From Candidatus Marinacidobacterales bacterium (GTDB lineage Bacteria; Acidobacteriota; Vicinamibacteria; Marinacidobacterales; SMYC01), in the NCBI GenBank assembly GCA_965224085.1, contig CBDCYI010000004.1, forward strand, positions 576,001 through 640,000: DNA of 64,000 nucleotides, read 5' to 3'. Numbering within the stretch: position 1 is the stretch's first letter; every line of letters starts with the position of its first letter. The position numbers and the translations under genes were made by a program. The notes under the pieces were generated by a model. That model was not told where the DNA came from. It did no database searches and saw only the letters and a list, made by a program, of their open reading frames with translations. Below are positions 9,313-20,534 of this stretch, piece after piece.

Positions 9313-9415
9313 TACTCATCACCTCCTCTCTTCATGGATTAGAGCGTCACGCCGCCCCAATGAAGACACGCAACACAAAGTTCTGCTCGTATGAGAAGTT
9401 GATTGCACTAGCTGT

Positions 9416-9444
9416 AGGGTAAAGAGGTATAAGAGTGGTGTCAA
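9416..9444 (-). promoter_or_regulatory. Sigma70-type promoter for the microprotein gene
   Basis: TTGACA-17 nt-TACCCT on the minus strand. Confidence 0.7.
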
Positions 9445-9459
9445 GCGGTTTTTGGTGAT

Positions 9460-10761
9460 TTAGAGGTCAACCCACTCGACTCCATTCGGGTACGCGAACG
9501 CCGTTCGCGACTTTTTCTTCATCGTGATGCTGTATCCGGGATGATCGGGAGCGCGATACCTTCCTTTTTCGACGACGACGGGTGCTTCGAAGTGCTCATG
9601 CAAGTGATCGACGTATTCGATCATGCGTTCTTTCATCGATCCGCTCACACAAACGTAGTCGAAGAGAGAAAGATGCTGGACGTGCTCGCAAAGACCGACG
9701 CCTCCAGCGTGCGGGCAGACTGGAACGCCGTGCTTCGCCGCCATGAGAAGCACTGCAAGCACTTCGTTCACGCCACCGAGGCGGCAACTATCGATCTGAC
9801 AAAACGCGATCGCCTCCGCTTGGAGGAGTTGTTTGAACATGACGCGGTTATGCGCATGCTCACCCGTCGCGACGCCAATGGGTTTGACCGCCCGCGCAAT
9901 TGTCGCGTGCCCGAGAACGTCGTCCGGGCTCGTCGGCTCTTCGATCCATAGCGGACGAAAAGTCTCGAGACGCTTCATCCACGAGATCGCGTCGTCGACA
10001 TCCCAGATTTGATTGGCGTCCATCATGAGTGCGTGGTCCCAGCCGATCTCATCGCGGATGAGCGCGGCGCGGCGGATGTCGTCGTCAAGGTCTCTCCCGA
10101 CCTTCATCTTGAACGCTGTCCAGCCCTCGGCGATCGCTTCTTTACACAAACGTCGGATCTTGTCATCGCTATAGCCCATCCAGCCGACCGACGTGTTGTA
10201 GGCAGGGTACCCATCCGCGAGCACAGTCTTGATACGCTCCCGTCGCGTCGGCTCGAGCGCACTCAGAAGCGTAAGCGCTTCCTCCGGCGTGACGCAATCC
10301 GTGATGTAGCGAAAATCGATGGCGCGCACGATCTCTTCGGGCGCCATGCCGCAAAGCAGCTGCCAGAGCGGCTTTTCCGCGACTTTCGCCTGGAGGTCCC
10401 AGAGCGCGTTGACGATGGCGGCCGTCGCCAAATGGACGACGCCTTTCTCCGGTCCGAGCCAGCGAAGCTGGCTGTCCCCGGTGATCTCACGCCAGAACGC
10501 GCCCCACTCCGACGTGATCGACTCGAGCTCTTGCCCGACGATCCTCGTCGCGAGCGGGTCGATCGCTTCGACGCAAAGGTCGTTGCCGCGGCCGATAGTA
10601 AAGGTCAGTCCGTGGCCCTCGTGCCCGTCGGGGTGGTCCGTCTCGAAAACGACATAGGCGGCAGAGTAGTCCGGGTCGGGATTCATCGCGTCGGAGCCAT
10701 CGGAGTCTCGCGAGGTCGGGAAACGAATGTCTTCGGTCGTAAAGCCGGTGATCCGCGTCAT
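9460..10761 (-). CDS. L-fuconate dehydratase-like enolase-superfamily enzyme
   Basis: DIRFPTS..DGSDAMNPDPDYSAAY, FKMKVG, DANQ, WIEEPTSPDD and VCPHAGGVGLCE motifs. Confidence 0.88.
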   Translation of the reverse strand: MTRITGFTTEDIRFPTSRDSDGSDAMNPDPDYSAAYVVFETDHPDGHEGHGLTFTIGRGNDLCVEAIDPLATRIVGQELESITSEWGAFWREITGDSQLRWLGPEKGVVHLATAAIVNALWDLQAKVAEKPLWQLLCGMAPEEIVRAIDFRYITDCVTPEEALTLLSALEPTRRERIKTVLADGYPAYNTSVGWMGYSDDKIRRLCKEAIAEGWTAFKMKVGRDLDDDIRRAALIRDEIGWDHALMMDANQIWDVDDAISWMKRLETFRPLWIEEPTSPDDVLGHATIARAVKPIGVATGEHAHNRVMFKQLLQAEAIAFCQIDSCRLGGVNEVLAVLLMAAKHGVPVCPHAGGVGLCEHVQHLSLFDYVCVSGSMKERMIEYVDHLHEHFEAPVVVEKGRYRAPDHPGYSITMKKKSRTAFAYPNGVEWVDL

Positions 10762-11731
10762 GCCAGCTCCACTCTTCGATGGCGCCATCGATCGATCGCG
10801 ACCGCGGCGACGATGATCGTGCCCGTCACGATTTCTTGAACCCAGTTCGGAAGCCCCATCTGGGAAGTGCCCGCTCGAATAACCGTCATGATGAACGCGC
10901 CGACGAGTGTGCCGGTAACGGTTCCCTCTCCCCCCGATAGGCTTCCGCCTCCGATAACGACTGCAGCAATGACGTCGAGCTCGAGCCCCACCGCAACGGT
11001 GGGGTCCCCCACCGTGAGGCGTGAAAACTGGAGAACACCGGTAAGGCCCGCGAGCGCGCCCGTCAAAGTGTAGACGGTGACCTTCACCCTCTCGACATGA
11101 ACACCGCAAAGTCGCGCGGTCTTCTCGTTCGAACCGATCGAGAAGATGTGCGCGCCGAGCCTTGTGTAGCGTAGGACGACGGCCGTCGCGAGTGCTAAAA
11201 GAGCAAGCACCCACACTCCTGGAGGCACCAACATCCAGCGGCGGTCCGGAGGCAAAGAAGATAGAAGCTCGACGAGCCATGTGATCGGAGCATCGACTTT
11301 TTGTTCCCTGCCGAGGCCTTTCGCGACCCCGCGCACGAGAAGCAGCATGCCGAGGGTCACGATGAACGGCGCCACCTTCAACCGGGTGATGAGTGTCCCG
11401 CTCGTGAGTCCCGTCAGAGACCCGGCCAACATCGCCATGAGGATCGCCGCCGCGGGTCCGCCACCCCCGTTGAGCACGAGCGCCACGACGACCGACGTCA
11501 TCGCCACGATCGAGCCCACCGAAAGATCGATGCCGCCGAGAATGATGACGAGCGTCATACCGAGCGCCGCGGTGCCGACGATGGCGGTCTGCCTGGCGAT
11601 GGTCTCGAGCGTACGGATCGACGTAAAGCTATCGGGGCCGATGAGCGCAAAGAAGACATAGACGAGAACGAGGCCGATGAGAGGTCCGAGAGTCGAGAGC
11701 CCGAGGCTCGCCGACTTTCCACATGTCTCGC

Positions 11732-11735
<4 letters not shown>
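10758..11735 (-). CDS. Monosaccharide ABC transporter permease (RbsC-like)
   Basis: GGIDLSVG and ELDVIAAVVIGGGSLSGG motifs. Confidence 0.92.
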
Positions 11736-13188
<1,453 letters not shown>

Positions 13189-13201
<13 letters not shown>

Positions 13202-14184
13202 CTATCGACGTCGGGACGCAGAAGCTCCTGCATCCTCGGCTCGTTCATGTTGTCGCGTGTTACGAGCGTGACGCCTGTGTCGACGCGCTTTTCGATCGGC
13301 TCGCCCCGCAGATGCGCGACCATCGTCTTGACACCGAGATAGGCCATGTTCACCGGGTCTTGAAGAACGAGCGCGTCGAACTCGTCGTTCTCGAGGCCTC
13401 TGACCATCTGCTCGGAGGCGTCGAATCCGATCAGCTTCACCGAGCCGGTCAGCCCTGCATCTTGGAGCGCTCGGAGCATCCCGAAAGCCGAGCTCTCGTT
13501 GGGACAGTAGATGCCGTCGACCTCTAGAGCGCCATCCGCCGCCTCGAACCGGGCGAGTAAGTTCTCGCTCGTCTGATAAGCGAGCTCGGCGGTGGCGCCA
13601 GCATGTTGGTTCGAGCTCACAACGTTCATCGACGGATTCTCGGCCATGACGTCCATGAAGCCTTGCTCGCGCTTCATCGTGCTCGCCGAGCCCTCCTGGT
13701 AGCGGAGCATCATCACACGGCCCGAACCTCCGAGCACTTCCACCATACGCTCCCCGGCGAGCCGGCCGCCCTTGTAGTTGTCGGTGGCGACGAAGCTCAC
13801 ATAGTCGTCGCTGTCGAGCCCGGAGTCGATGATGACGACCGGGATCCCGCTCCGCATGGCGTTCGTAACCGGAAGCCGGAGCGCTTTGTCGTCGGTAGGG
13901 GCCAGCACGATACCGGAAACACCGCGGCTTATGAACGTCTCCACTTCCGCGATTTGAGCTTCGCGATCGTCCTCGCGCCCGGGCCCTTTCCAGATGACTT
14001 CGACGTCGAGCTCGACGGAAGCTTTCACCGCACCCGCATGAACGGCTTTCCAGAAAGAGTGCGTGGTGCCTTTGGGAATGACGGCGATGGTTGGTGTGTC
14101 GTCTTCAGGCGCGTCACTCTCACTCTGACAGCCAAGTGCCGCAAGAAGGGTGCAAAGGATGAGGGCTTTAACGCGCATCAACAT
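13189..14184 (-). CDS. Sugar ABC substrate-binding lipoprotein
   Basis: Lipobox LAALGC; IAVIPKGTTHSFW and VATDNYKGG motifs. Confidence 0.9.
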
Positions 14185-15022
14185 CGGTCGGTGCCTCCAG
14201 GTTGTAGAAATCGATAGCGTTCCCGCCAAGGACCGCCGCTTTGTCCGCATCGGACAAGGTCGAGATGTACTGATGGACGATGTCCATCACTTCCAAATAG
14301 GTCGCCGAAAGAGTGCAGACGGGCCAATCGGATCCTATGAGGATGCGCCGGGCGCCGAAAGCTTCGAAGACGACATCGAGATAAGGCGTGAAGTCGTCAA
14401 GCTTCCACCCATGCCATTCGGTCTCGGTGACCATCCCTGAGACTTTGCAATAAAGGTTTTGGTGCTGGGCGAGTTTTTCGACGTAGCCGGCCCAAGGCTC
14501 GAGCTCGCGCCGGCCGATATGAGGCTTCGCGATATGGTCGAGTACGAAGCGATGATCGGGAAACCGCTCGACAAATTCGAGAGTTGCGGGGAGCTGGGTC
14601 GGATAGATGAGCACGTCGTAGGTCAGATCGTGCTCCTTCAAGAGCGCCACACCGCGAAGAAAATCCTCACGAAGAAGGAAGTAATCGTCGGGCTCGTCCT
14701 GTACTACGTGGCGCGCGCCGACGAAACGCTCACGGGCGCCGAACCGCTCGAGCTGGGCTTGGGCGTCTTCTGAGCACAAATCCACCCAGCCGACGACGCC
14801 GAGCACGGAGTCGGTCGTGTCCGCGAGCCGTAGCAGATACTCCGTCTCTTCGACGCTTTGCCGAGCTTGAACGGCCACCGAGCCCCCGATGCCCGTCGCA
14901 TCGAGATGTGGCTTCAAATCGGCCGGTCCGAAATCCCGCTTCAGAACGTGCATGCGCTCGTCGATCCAATCGTACTCGGAGGGGATGTACTTCCAAAAGT
15001 GCTGATGAGCGTCAATGCGCAT
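14168..15022 (-). CDS. Amidohydrolase-2 family, L-fucono-lactonase-like
   Basis: IDAHQHFW, LDHIAKP and GSDWPV motifs; clustered with the fuconate dehydratase. Confidence 0.85.
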   Translation of the reverse strand: MRIDAHQHFWKYIPSEYDWIDERMHVLKRDFGPADLKPHLDATGIGGSVAVQARQSVEETEYLLRLADTTDSVLGVVGWVDLCSEDAQAQLERFGARERFVGARHVVQDEPDDYFLLREDFLRGVALLKEHDLTYDVLIYPTQLPATLEFVERFPDHRFVLDHIAKPHIGRRELEPWAGYVEKLAQHQNLYCKVSGMVTETEWHGWKLDDFTPYLDVVFEAFGARRILIGSDWPVCTLSATYLEVMDIVHQYISTLSDADKAAVLGGNAIDFYNLEAPTDVDAR

Positions 15023-15051
15023 GGGCTCCATACTATAAGATTGGGGCACCC

Positions 15052-15981
15052 ATGATGGAGCAAGCCGAGAACCTACGCGATGTCATCCGGGAAACGACAC
15101 TCCTCGAGCCGCGACGCCTCGCCGACCGACTCGGAATTTCGCTCCATCTTGCGAGCGAGACGTTCCAGCATACGGGAAGCTTCAAGTTCCGCGCTGGGTA
15201 CAACCTCGCCGCGCTCGTCGAAGAGCGCATGATCCTGACCGCGTCGTCGGGGAACTTTGGCCAGGCGCTCGCTTACGCGGCAAAGCTTCTCGACAAGGAC
15301 GCCATCATCGTCATGCCGGAAACGTCGGCGCAGGTGAAAATGGACGCCGTGCGCGAGCACGGTGGCACGATCGTGCCGGTCGACGTGACGGTGAAAAGCC
15401 GGGAGGAGGGGGTCGCAGAGCTTTCCGCCAAGCACCCCGACGCCTTTGTCGCGAGCGCCTATAACGACCCGCGCGTCATCGATGGGAATGCGACGCTCGG
15501 CCAGGAGCTTGCGACGCATGACTTCGACGTTGTCGTCGTGCCGGTCGGAGGCGGAGGTCTGAGCTCGGGGATCGTCAAAGGCCTTCGTGAAGCTGGCAAT
15601 CCACGCACTCGGGTCGTCGGCGCCGAGCCGCTTCTCGGAAACGACGCCGCGCGGTCTCTCCGCGCCGGACACATCGTCACGAACGAAAAAGAGCCGCTCA
15701 CGATCGCCGACGGCGCACGCACCGTGAGCCTGGGCGAGAATAACTGGAAGATTCTCAAGGACGGCCTCGAGACGATCGTCGAAGTTCCCGAAGACGACAT
15801 CACGGAGGCGCTGAGGCTTCTGTTCTCCTACGCCAACCTCAAAGTGGAGCCCACGGGCGCACTCAGCGTCGGCGCGCTCCTCACACAACCGGATCGTTTC
15901 CGCGACCGGTCGGTGTGTTGCGTCGTCACCGGAGGCAACGTGGACCCCGACGTTTATCGACGATTGTTAGCCCGTGACTGA
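15052..15981 (+). CDS. PLP-dependent threonine/serine dehydratase family
   Basis: QHTGSFKFR, SSGNFGQ, VGGGGL and TGGNVD motifs. Confidence 0.9.
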   Translation: MMEQAENLRDVIRETTLLEPRRLADRLGISLHLASETFQHTGSFKFRAGYNLAALVEERMILTASSGNFGQALAYAAKLLDKDAIIVMPETSAQVKMDAVREHGGTIVPVDVTVKSREEGVAELSAKHPDAFVASAYNDPRVIDGNATLGQELATHDFDVVVVPVGGGGLSSGIVKGLREAGNPRTRVVGAEPLLGNDAARSLRAGHIVTNEKEPLTIADGARTVSLGENNWKILKDGLETIVEVPEDDITEALRLLFSYANLKVEPTGALSVGALLTQPDRFRDRSVCCVVTGGNVDPDVYRRLLARD

Positions 15982-16864
15982 AATCCTCGAGCTCGGGATC
16001 GATATTATCCAGTGGCTCGAAGGCTTTCGCTCGCCGCTTTTGAACCAGTTCTTTTTCGCTGTCACGGATATCGGCTCCACCGCCGGTTATCTCGTGATGC
16101 TCCCGATCCTTTGGTGGGCTTTCTCGTGGAAGCTCGGGGCCCGGCTATTCGTTGGGCTGGTGCTGAGTGTCTACATCAACACGCTCATCAAAGATCTCGT
16201 GGCACTCCACCGCCCGTTCGTCTATGCGGACATCGCTAATTTGCGAGCGCCCGGTGAGTTCAGCTTCCCGAGCGGCCACGCCCAACAGGCGGCGGTCTTT
16301 TGGGGTCTACTCGCACTCCACTTCAAGAAACCCTGGTTCGCGGTCGTCGCCACGCTGAGTATTTTCCTGATCGGATTTTCGCGCGTCTATCTCGGGGCTC
16401 ACTTTCCTAGCGACGTGCTCGCGGGATGGACCCTCGGCGCCGCGATCGCCTGGGGTTATGCGCGATGGTCGAATACGCTCGCGGAGAAAACGGCCGGCCT
16501 GAGCTTGAGCGCCCAAGTGCTCTTGGCACTGGGCGCTCCCATAGCACTCGCCCTCTTGCACCCGTCGAGAAACACGGCGCTCGCCATGGGCGGCCTCGCT
16601 GGGGCCCTCGGAGGCCTCGTCTTCGCATACCACGAAGGCCTTTATCCAGAAGGCGGGCAGGCCAAAAGCCGCCGCGCGTGGCTCGTCATCGGCCTCTTGG
16701 GCCTTCCCGTCATTTACTTTGTGCTTCAGAAGCTCTCGCCGGCGGAAGACGCCTCGTACTACTACCTCTATTTATGGTTGCGCTTCGCCGCTATCGGCCT
16801 CTGGGTGAGCTTCCTCGTGCCGCGCATCGTTGCGGTCATTCGAGACAGGAGGGCCCACGCATGA
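15974..16864 (+). CDS. PAP2-family membrane phosphatase
   Basis: K..RP, FPSGH and SRVYLGAHFPSD motifs. Confidence 0.9.
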   Translation: MTEILELGIDIIQWLEGFRSPLLNQFFFAVTDIGSTAGYLVMLPILWWAFSWKLGARLFVGLVLSVYINTLIKDLVALHRPFVYADIANLRAPGEFSFPSGHAQQAAVFWGLLALHFKKPWFAVVATLSIFLIGFSRVYLGAHFPSDVLAGWTLGAAIAWGYARWSNTLAEKTAGLSLSAQVLLALGAPIALALLHPSRNTALAMGGLAGALGGLVFAYHEGLYPEGGQAKSRRAWLVIGLLGLPVIYFVLQKLSPAEDASYYYLYLWLRFAAIGLWVSFLVPRIVAVIRDRRAHA

Positions 16865-17352
16865 AAACGCTCATGCTCTTGCGCCACGGCAAATCGAGCT
16901 GGAAAGACGAGGGCATCTCAGACCACGACCGTCCTCTGAACAAGCGCGGAAAGAAAACCGCACCGATGATGGGGCACCTCATTCTCGAAAAGCAGCTCGT
17001 GCCGGACCTCATCTTGTCGTCCACGGCTGTCCGCGCGCGAACTACGGCTGAAGCCGTGGCCGAAGCGTGCAACTACAAGAACACGATCGAGCACGTCGAG
17101 GAGCTCTACCTAGCGACCGCGGGTGAACTCCTCTTCCAAGCACAGAGCCGCGTTGACGATGGCATCGACCGCGTGATGCTCGTCGCCCACAATCCGGGAA
17201 TGGAAGATCTGGTCAGCAGGCTTTCCGGCCATCCCGAGCCCTTTCCCACCGCCGCGCTCGCGGTCTTCGAGCTCCGCATCGAAAGCTGGCGGGCCTTAGA
17301 GCTAGGCGTCGAGACATCGCTTCTGCATCTATGGCGTCCGAGAGAGCTCTAG
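16861..17352 (+). CDS. sixA: SixA-like histidine phosphatase
   Basis: MKTLMLLRHGKS, DHDRPL and VAHNPG motifs. Confidence 0.8.
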   Translation: MKTLMLLRHGKSSWKDEGISDHDRPLNKRGKKTAPMMGHLILEKQLVPDLILSSTAVRARTTAEAVAEACNYKNTIEHVEELYLATAGELLFQAQSRVDDGIDRVMLVAHNPGMEDLVSRLSGHPEPFPTAALAVFELRIESWRALELGVETSLLHLWRPREL

Positions 17353-17425
17353 TGACGAAACGGTCATGGGAAGCCGAACGACTTAGTGGTCGGCTCGTGC
17401 TCCATGGTGGCGAGCCCCAATTGAT

Positions 17426-19339
17426 CTACTCCTTTAGCTTCTCCTCCAAAAGCTCGCTCGCGATGTCCATGAAATCCCGCTCTGTAACGATCCCGATGAG
17501 ACGTCCGTCTTTGACGACCGGAAGACTGCCAATCGACTTCCCCTTCAGTAGAGCGACCGCCTCGAGCGTCGTCGTCTCCGGCTCCACCGTCACGAGGTCG
17601 CGTTTCATCACTTCGCTCACAGGAATCGGATCTTCGCGCGTGCCGAACTCGCCCTGCGCCAACAGATGGATGAGTGACCGGTAGGACACTAGTCCCACCA
17701 ACCGATGTTCATGATCTTCCACGGGTACGTGGCGGATCTTCTCCCAGTCCATGAGACTCGCAACCAGGTCGATCGGCTCGTCCTCGTTCACCGTATAGAG
17801 GTCCGTGGTCATGAACTGCTCCACCATCAGGTAGTGGTTCTTCCATCCGCCGGCCTCTTCGAGCGATGCTGCGTGCCATTCCGTCACGGGTCGTCCCTCC
17901 TTTTGCTGGCTCACCATGGAGGCGGTAAGCGCGCTCATGCGCTCGCCGTCGGTGCCTTTTCCTTTCATCGCGGCCAGCGAGTTGTGAAACCACTGTGCTC
18001 CCGTCTTTTTCGTTTCCACGCGCTTTTCGATGGCACCGATATAACGGTCGATGTCCGCCTGGTCGATGTTCGAGCTCTCGAGACCGCTCCGCGCCATTGG
18101 CAATAGCTCTTTCGACAAGAGCTCGCGCGCGGGGCACTCGCGCCCGTCGAACCAAGTGAACTCGGACGCGAGCCCGTTTACGGCCGCCGCGGTAAAGTTC
18201 GAGTGCGCGTCCTCGAACTCCATCACTTTCGTCACGTCATCGATATCTCGCGCAAACGCGCTCACAAGACCAAACCAGAGGGCGGCGTTGGCCACTTCAT
18301 CGACGATCGTCGGGCCTGAAGGCACGTAACGGTTCTCGATACGCAGATGCGGTTTGTCGCCGGTAATGCCGTAGCACGGCCGGTTCCAGCGATAGACCGT
18401 CCCGTTGTGAAGCCTTAAGGCCTTGAGCTCGGGGGGACGGCCCGCGCGGATCTCGGCGAAGGGGTCTTCGTCGAGGTCTCCGCCGAGCAATATCTTGAAG
18501 CGCGCGATGTCCTCACGAAAGAGCTCCGTCGCCGACTCCTTCACCCATTGGCGCCCGAAGCTCACCCGGGGACGCCGCTCGCGGAGATCGTGGCTCGTAC
18601 TGCGAGTGTCGACCGCTTGCTGGAAGAGAGCGATGCGCGTCTCCCGCCACAACCGTCTTCCGAAAAGGAGCGGCGAGTTCGTACAGGCCGCGAGGACGGG
18701 CGCCGCCACCGCCTGCGCGATGTTGTAGAGTCTCGCGAACTCGTTCGCGGTAACTTGAAAGTGCACCTGAAAGCTCGTGTTGCACGATTCGAGCATCACC
18801 GAATCGTGCTTCACGATGAGCTCGTCCATTCCCTTGATTTGGAAGTCGTAGGAGCCCCCGCGCAGCTTGTTCATCGCGCGGTTGAGCGCGAAGTAGCGCG
18901 GCACGGGAGCCATGTTGTCGAGGCCGAGGTCGGACTTTCGAAGCGTCGGCAAAATGCCGCAAAGGGCGATCTCGCCTCCGCAATCCCGCGCGCCGCGGCG
19001 TGCGAGGCCCACCAGCTCGTTCAGCTGCGCTTCGATCTGTGAGAGACAGCCCTTCCCGAAGACGACGGGGTCGAGATTCCCCTCCAGGTTGAACTTCGCG
19101 AGCTCTGTAGTGAATCGAGGATCTTCGATGGTGGCGAGCACTTCAGTCGCGATCGGAGCTGGGCGCCAACCAGCCCCGACGAGGAACATCTCTTGCTCCG
19201 CGCCCACGCGGCGGACGCCGGACTCGATCCAGTCATCCTCGATCATCCGCTCGAGCGCCCTCAGGTCGTCGAGAAGATTTCGCATGAACAGACGCAGCTG
19301 CTCAGGCGAAATGTCGTCCTGCACCTGATGGTCCCCCAT
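17426..19339 (-). CDS. Glutamate-cysteine ligase-family protein with C-terminal CBS pair
   Basis: GAEQE, FTTELAKFNLE, ESCNTSFQVH and LRIENR motifs; CBS pair (IRHVPVED, LPVV..GIVTERD). Confidence 0.82.
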   Translation of the reverse strand: MGDHQVQDDISPEQLRLFMRNLLDDLRALERMIEDDWIESGVRRVGAEQEMFLVGAGWRPAPIATEVLATIEDPRFTTELAKFNLEGNLDPVVFGKGCLSQIEAQLNELVGLARRGARDCGGEIALCGILPTLRKSDLGLDNMAPVPRYFALNRAMNKLRGGSYDFQIKGMDELIVKHDSVMLESCNTSFQVHFQVTANEFARLYNIAQAVAAPVLAACTNSPLLFGRRLWRETRIALFQQAVDTRSTSHDLRERRPRVSFGRQWVKESATELFREDIARFKILLGGDLDEDPFAEIRAGRPPELKALRLHNGTVYRWNRPCYGITGDKPHLRIENRYVPSGPTIVDEVANAALWFGLVSAFARDIDDVTKVMEFEDAHSNFTAAAVNGLASEFTWFDGRECPARELLSKELLPMARSGLESSNIDQADIDRYIGAIEKRVETKKTGAQWFHNSLAAMKGKGTDGERMSALTASMVSQQKEGRPVTEWHAASLEEAGGWKNHYLMVEQFMTTDLYTVNEDEPIDLVASLMDWEKIRHVPVEDHEHRLVGLVSYRSLIHLLAQGEFGTREDPIPVSEVMKRDLVTVEPETTTLEAVALLKGKSIGSLPVVKDGRLIGIVTERDFMDIASELLEEKLKE

Positions 19340-19588
19340 GAGCGCCCCTTTTCAGTAGGCCATTCTACGGGAACGTTCAAGGCATATTCAAAACAACCTC
19401 AGCCACGGCCGGGGACCCCGCATAAGTGACGATGAAAACGAGCGCCGCGACGACCATCAAACGGAGACCCGCTGCTTGAATGTTTTTATCTCGCTCTCGC
19501 TCACCGAACACCCATCCATTCTGAAGCGATCGTCAAGCCGCCGGCCATTTCCCCCACGCGGCGCATCATATAGTACGCTCCTTCGACA

Positions 19589-19759
19589 ATAACAAAAGCT
19601 ACGCGTGTGGGGATTGTTGGCCTGGGTCCCATGAGCGGTGGAATGCGAAAGCGGCTCGACGGTGAAGGGTGGATGGTCTCGGGCTTCGACATCAATGCGA
19701 GTCGGAGCGAGCACGCCGCCATCCAGGCGCTATGTTCTGTTTCGGACGTTCGTGCTTGA
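19589..19759 (+). pseudogene. Rossmann-fold (3-hydroxyisobutyrate/6PG dehydrogenase-like) N-terminal relic
   Basis: Reads RVGIVGLGPMSGGMRKRLDGEGWMVSGFDIN, then stops at 19757-19759. Confidence 0.6.
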
Positions 19760-19955
19760 GGTCCATGAACTCTGTCCCGATCAGATAGGCGTTAGAACGG
19801 GATGACCGTGAGCTAGAAATGCATCTTCCCGAGCGTCTCGTTCAGCTTGCGGCCGAAGAAGGAGGGGCGTTGGACGTTCGTTTCGCACGATGGGAAGCTC
19901 CAACAGTAGACCCGTCGGATGAGAAGAAGATAGAATCTCTCCCCGAGGCAATGGG

Positions 19956-20534
19956 ATGGCCGAGAGATTGGACGCGCCTTCCGATCCAAAACGAAAAGAT
20001 TTTCTATCTAACTTGACGAACGTGGCGATGTTTGCCGGGCTCGTGACCGCCTACGGCACCCTCGCCGCCATCATGGGGCGGTTCCTCTATCCCGCCCGTC
20101 CATCGCCGAGAGGCTGGATGTTCGTGAGCGACATCGCAAGCCTCCAGAGAGGCACGTCGTTTTCCTTCCGCACGCCGTCGGGCGAAGCGGTGAACATCAC
20201 GCGACGCGGCGGCGGCACGGCCGCCGAAAACTTCGCCGCGCTCTCGAGCGTCTGCCCACATCTCGGATGCCAAGTGCACTGGGAGGCCGCAAACGAGCGC
20301 TACTTTTGCCCGTGCCACAACGGCGTCTTTTCCCCCGAGGGTATTGCGACCGCGGGGCCCCCGGCCGACGCTGGGCAAGCGCTCATCGAATATCCGCTCA
20401 AGATAGAGGGGGCCCTCCTGTTCATCGAAGTCGCGTTGACGGAGGTAGCCATTGGCCCCGGGCGCCTCGAGCCGATCCCCGGCCCTCCGGGTCCCGGTCA
20501 CGACCCCTGTCTCTACGATCGGAAAAACGCTTGA
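19956..20534 (+). CDS. Rieske [2Fe-2S] subunit
   Basis: CPHLGC and CPCHNG boxes; Tat-like KRKDFL followed by a TM helix. Confidence 0.92.
   Translation: MAERLDAPSDPKRKDFLSNLTNVAMFAGLVTAYGTLAAIMGRFLYPARPSPRGWMFVSDIASLQRGTSFSFRTPSGEAVNITRRGGGTAAENFAALSSVCPHLGCQVHWEAANERYFCPCHNGVFSPEGIATAGPPADAGQALIEYPLKIEGALLFIEVALTEVAIGPGRLEPIPGPPGPGHDPCLYDRKNA

Noticed and set aside
19819-20016. 65-aa ORF upstream of the Rieske gene as a fourth subunit
   Set aside because: It overlaps the Rieske start by 61 nt and has no TM segment or cofactor motif. Unsupported.
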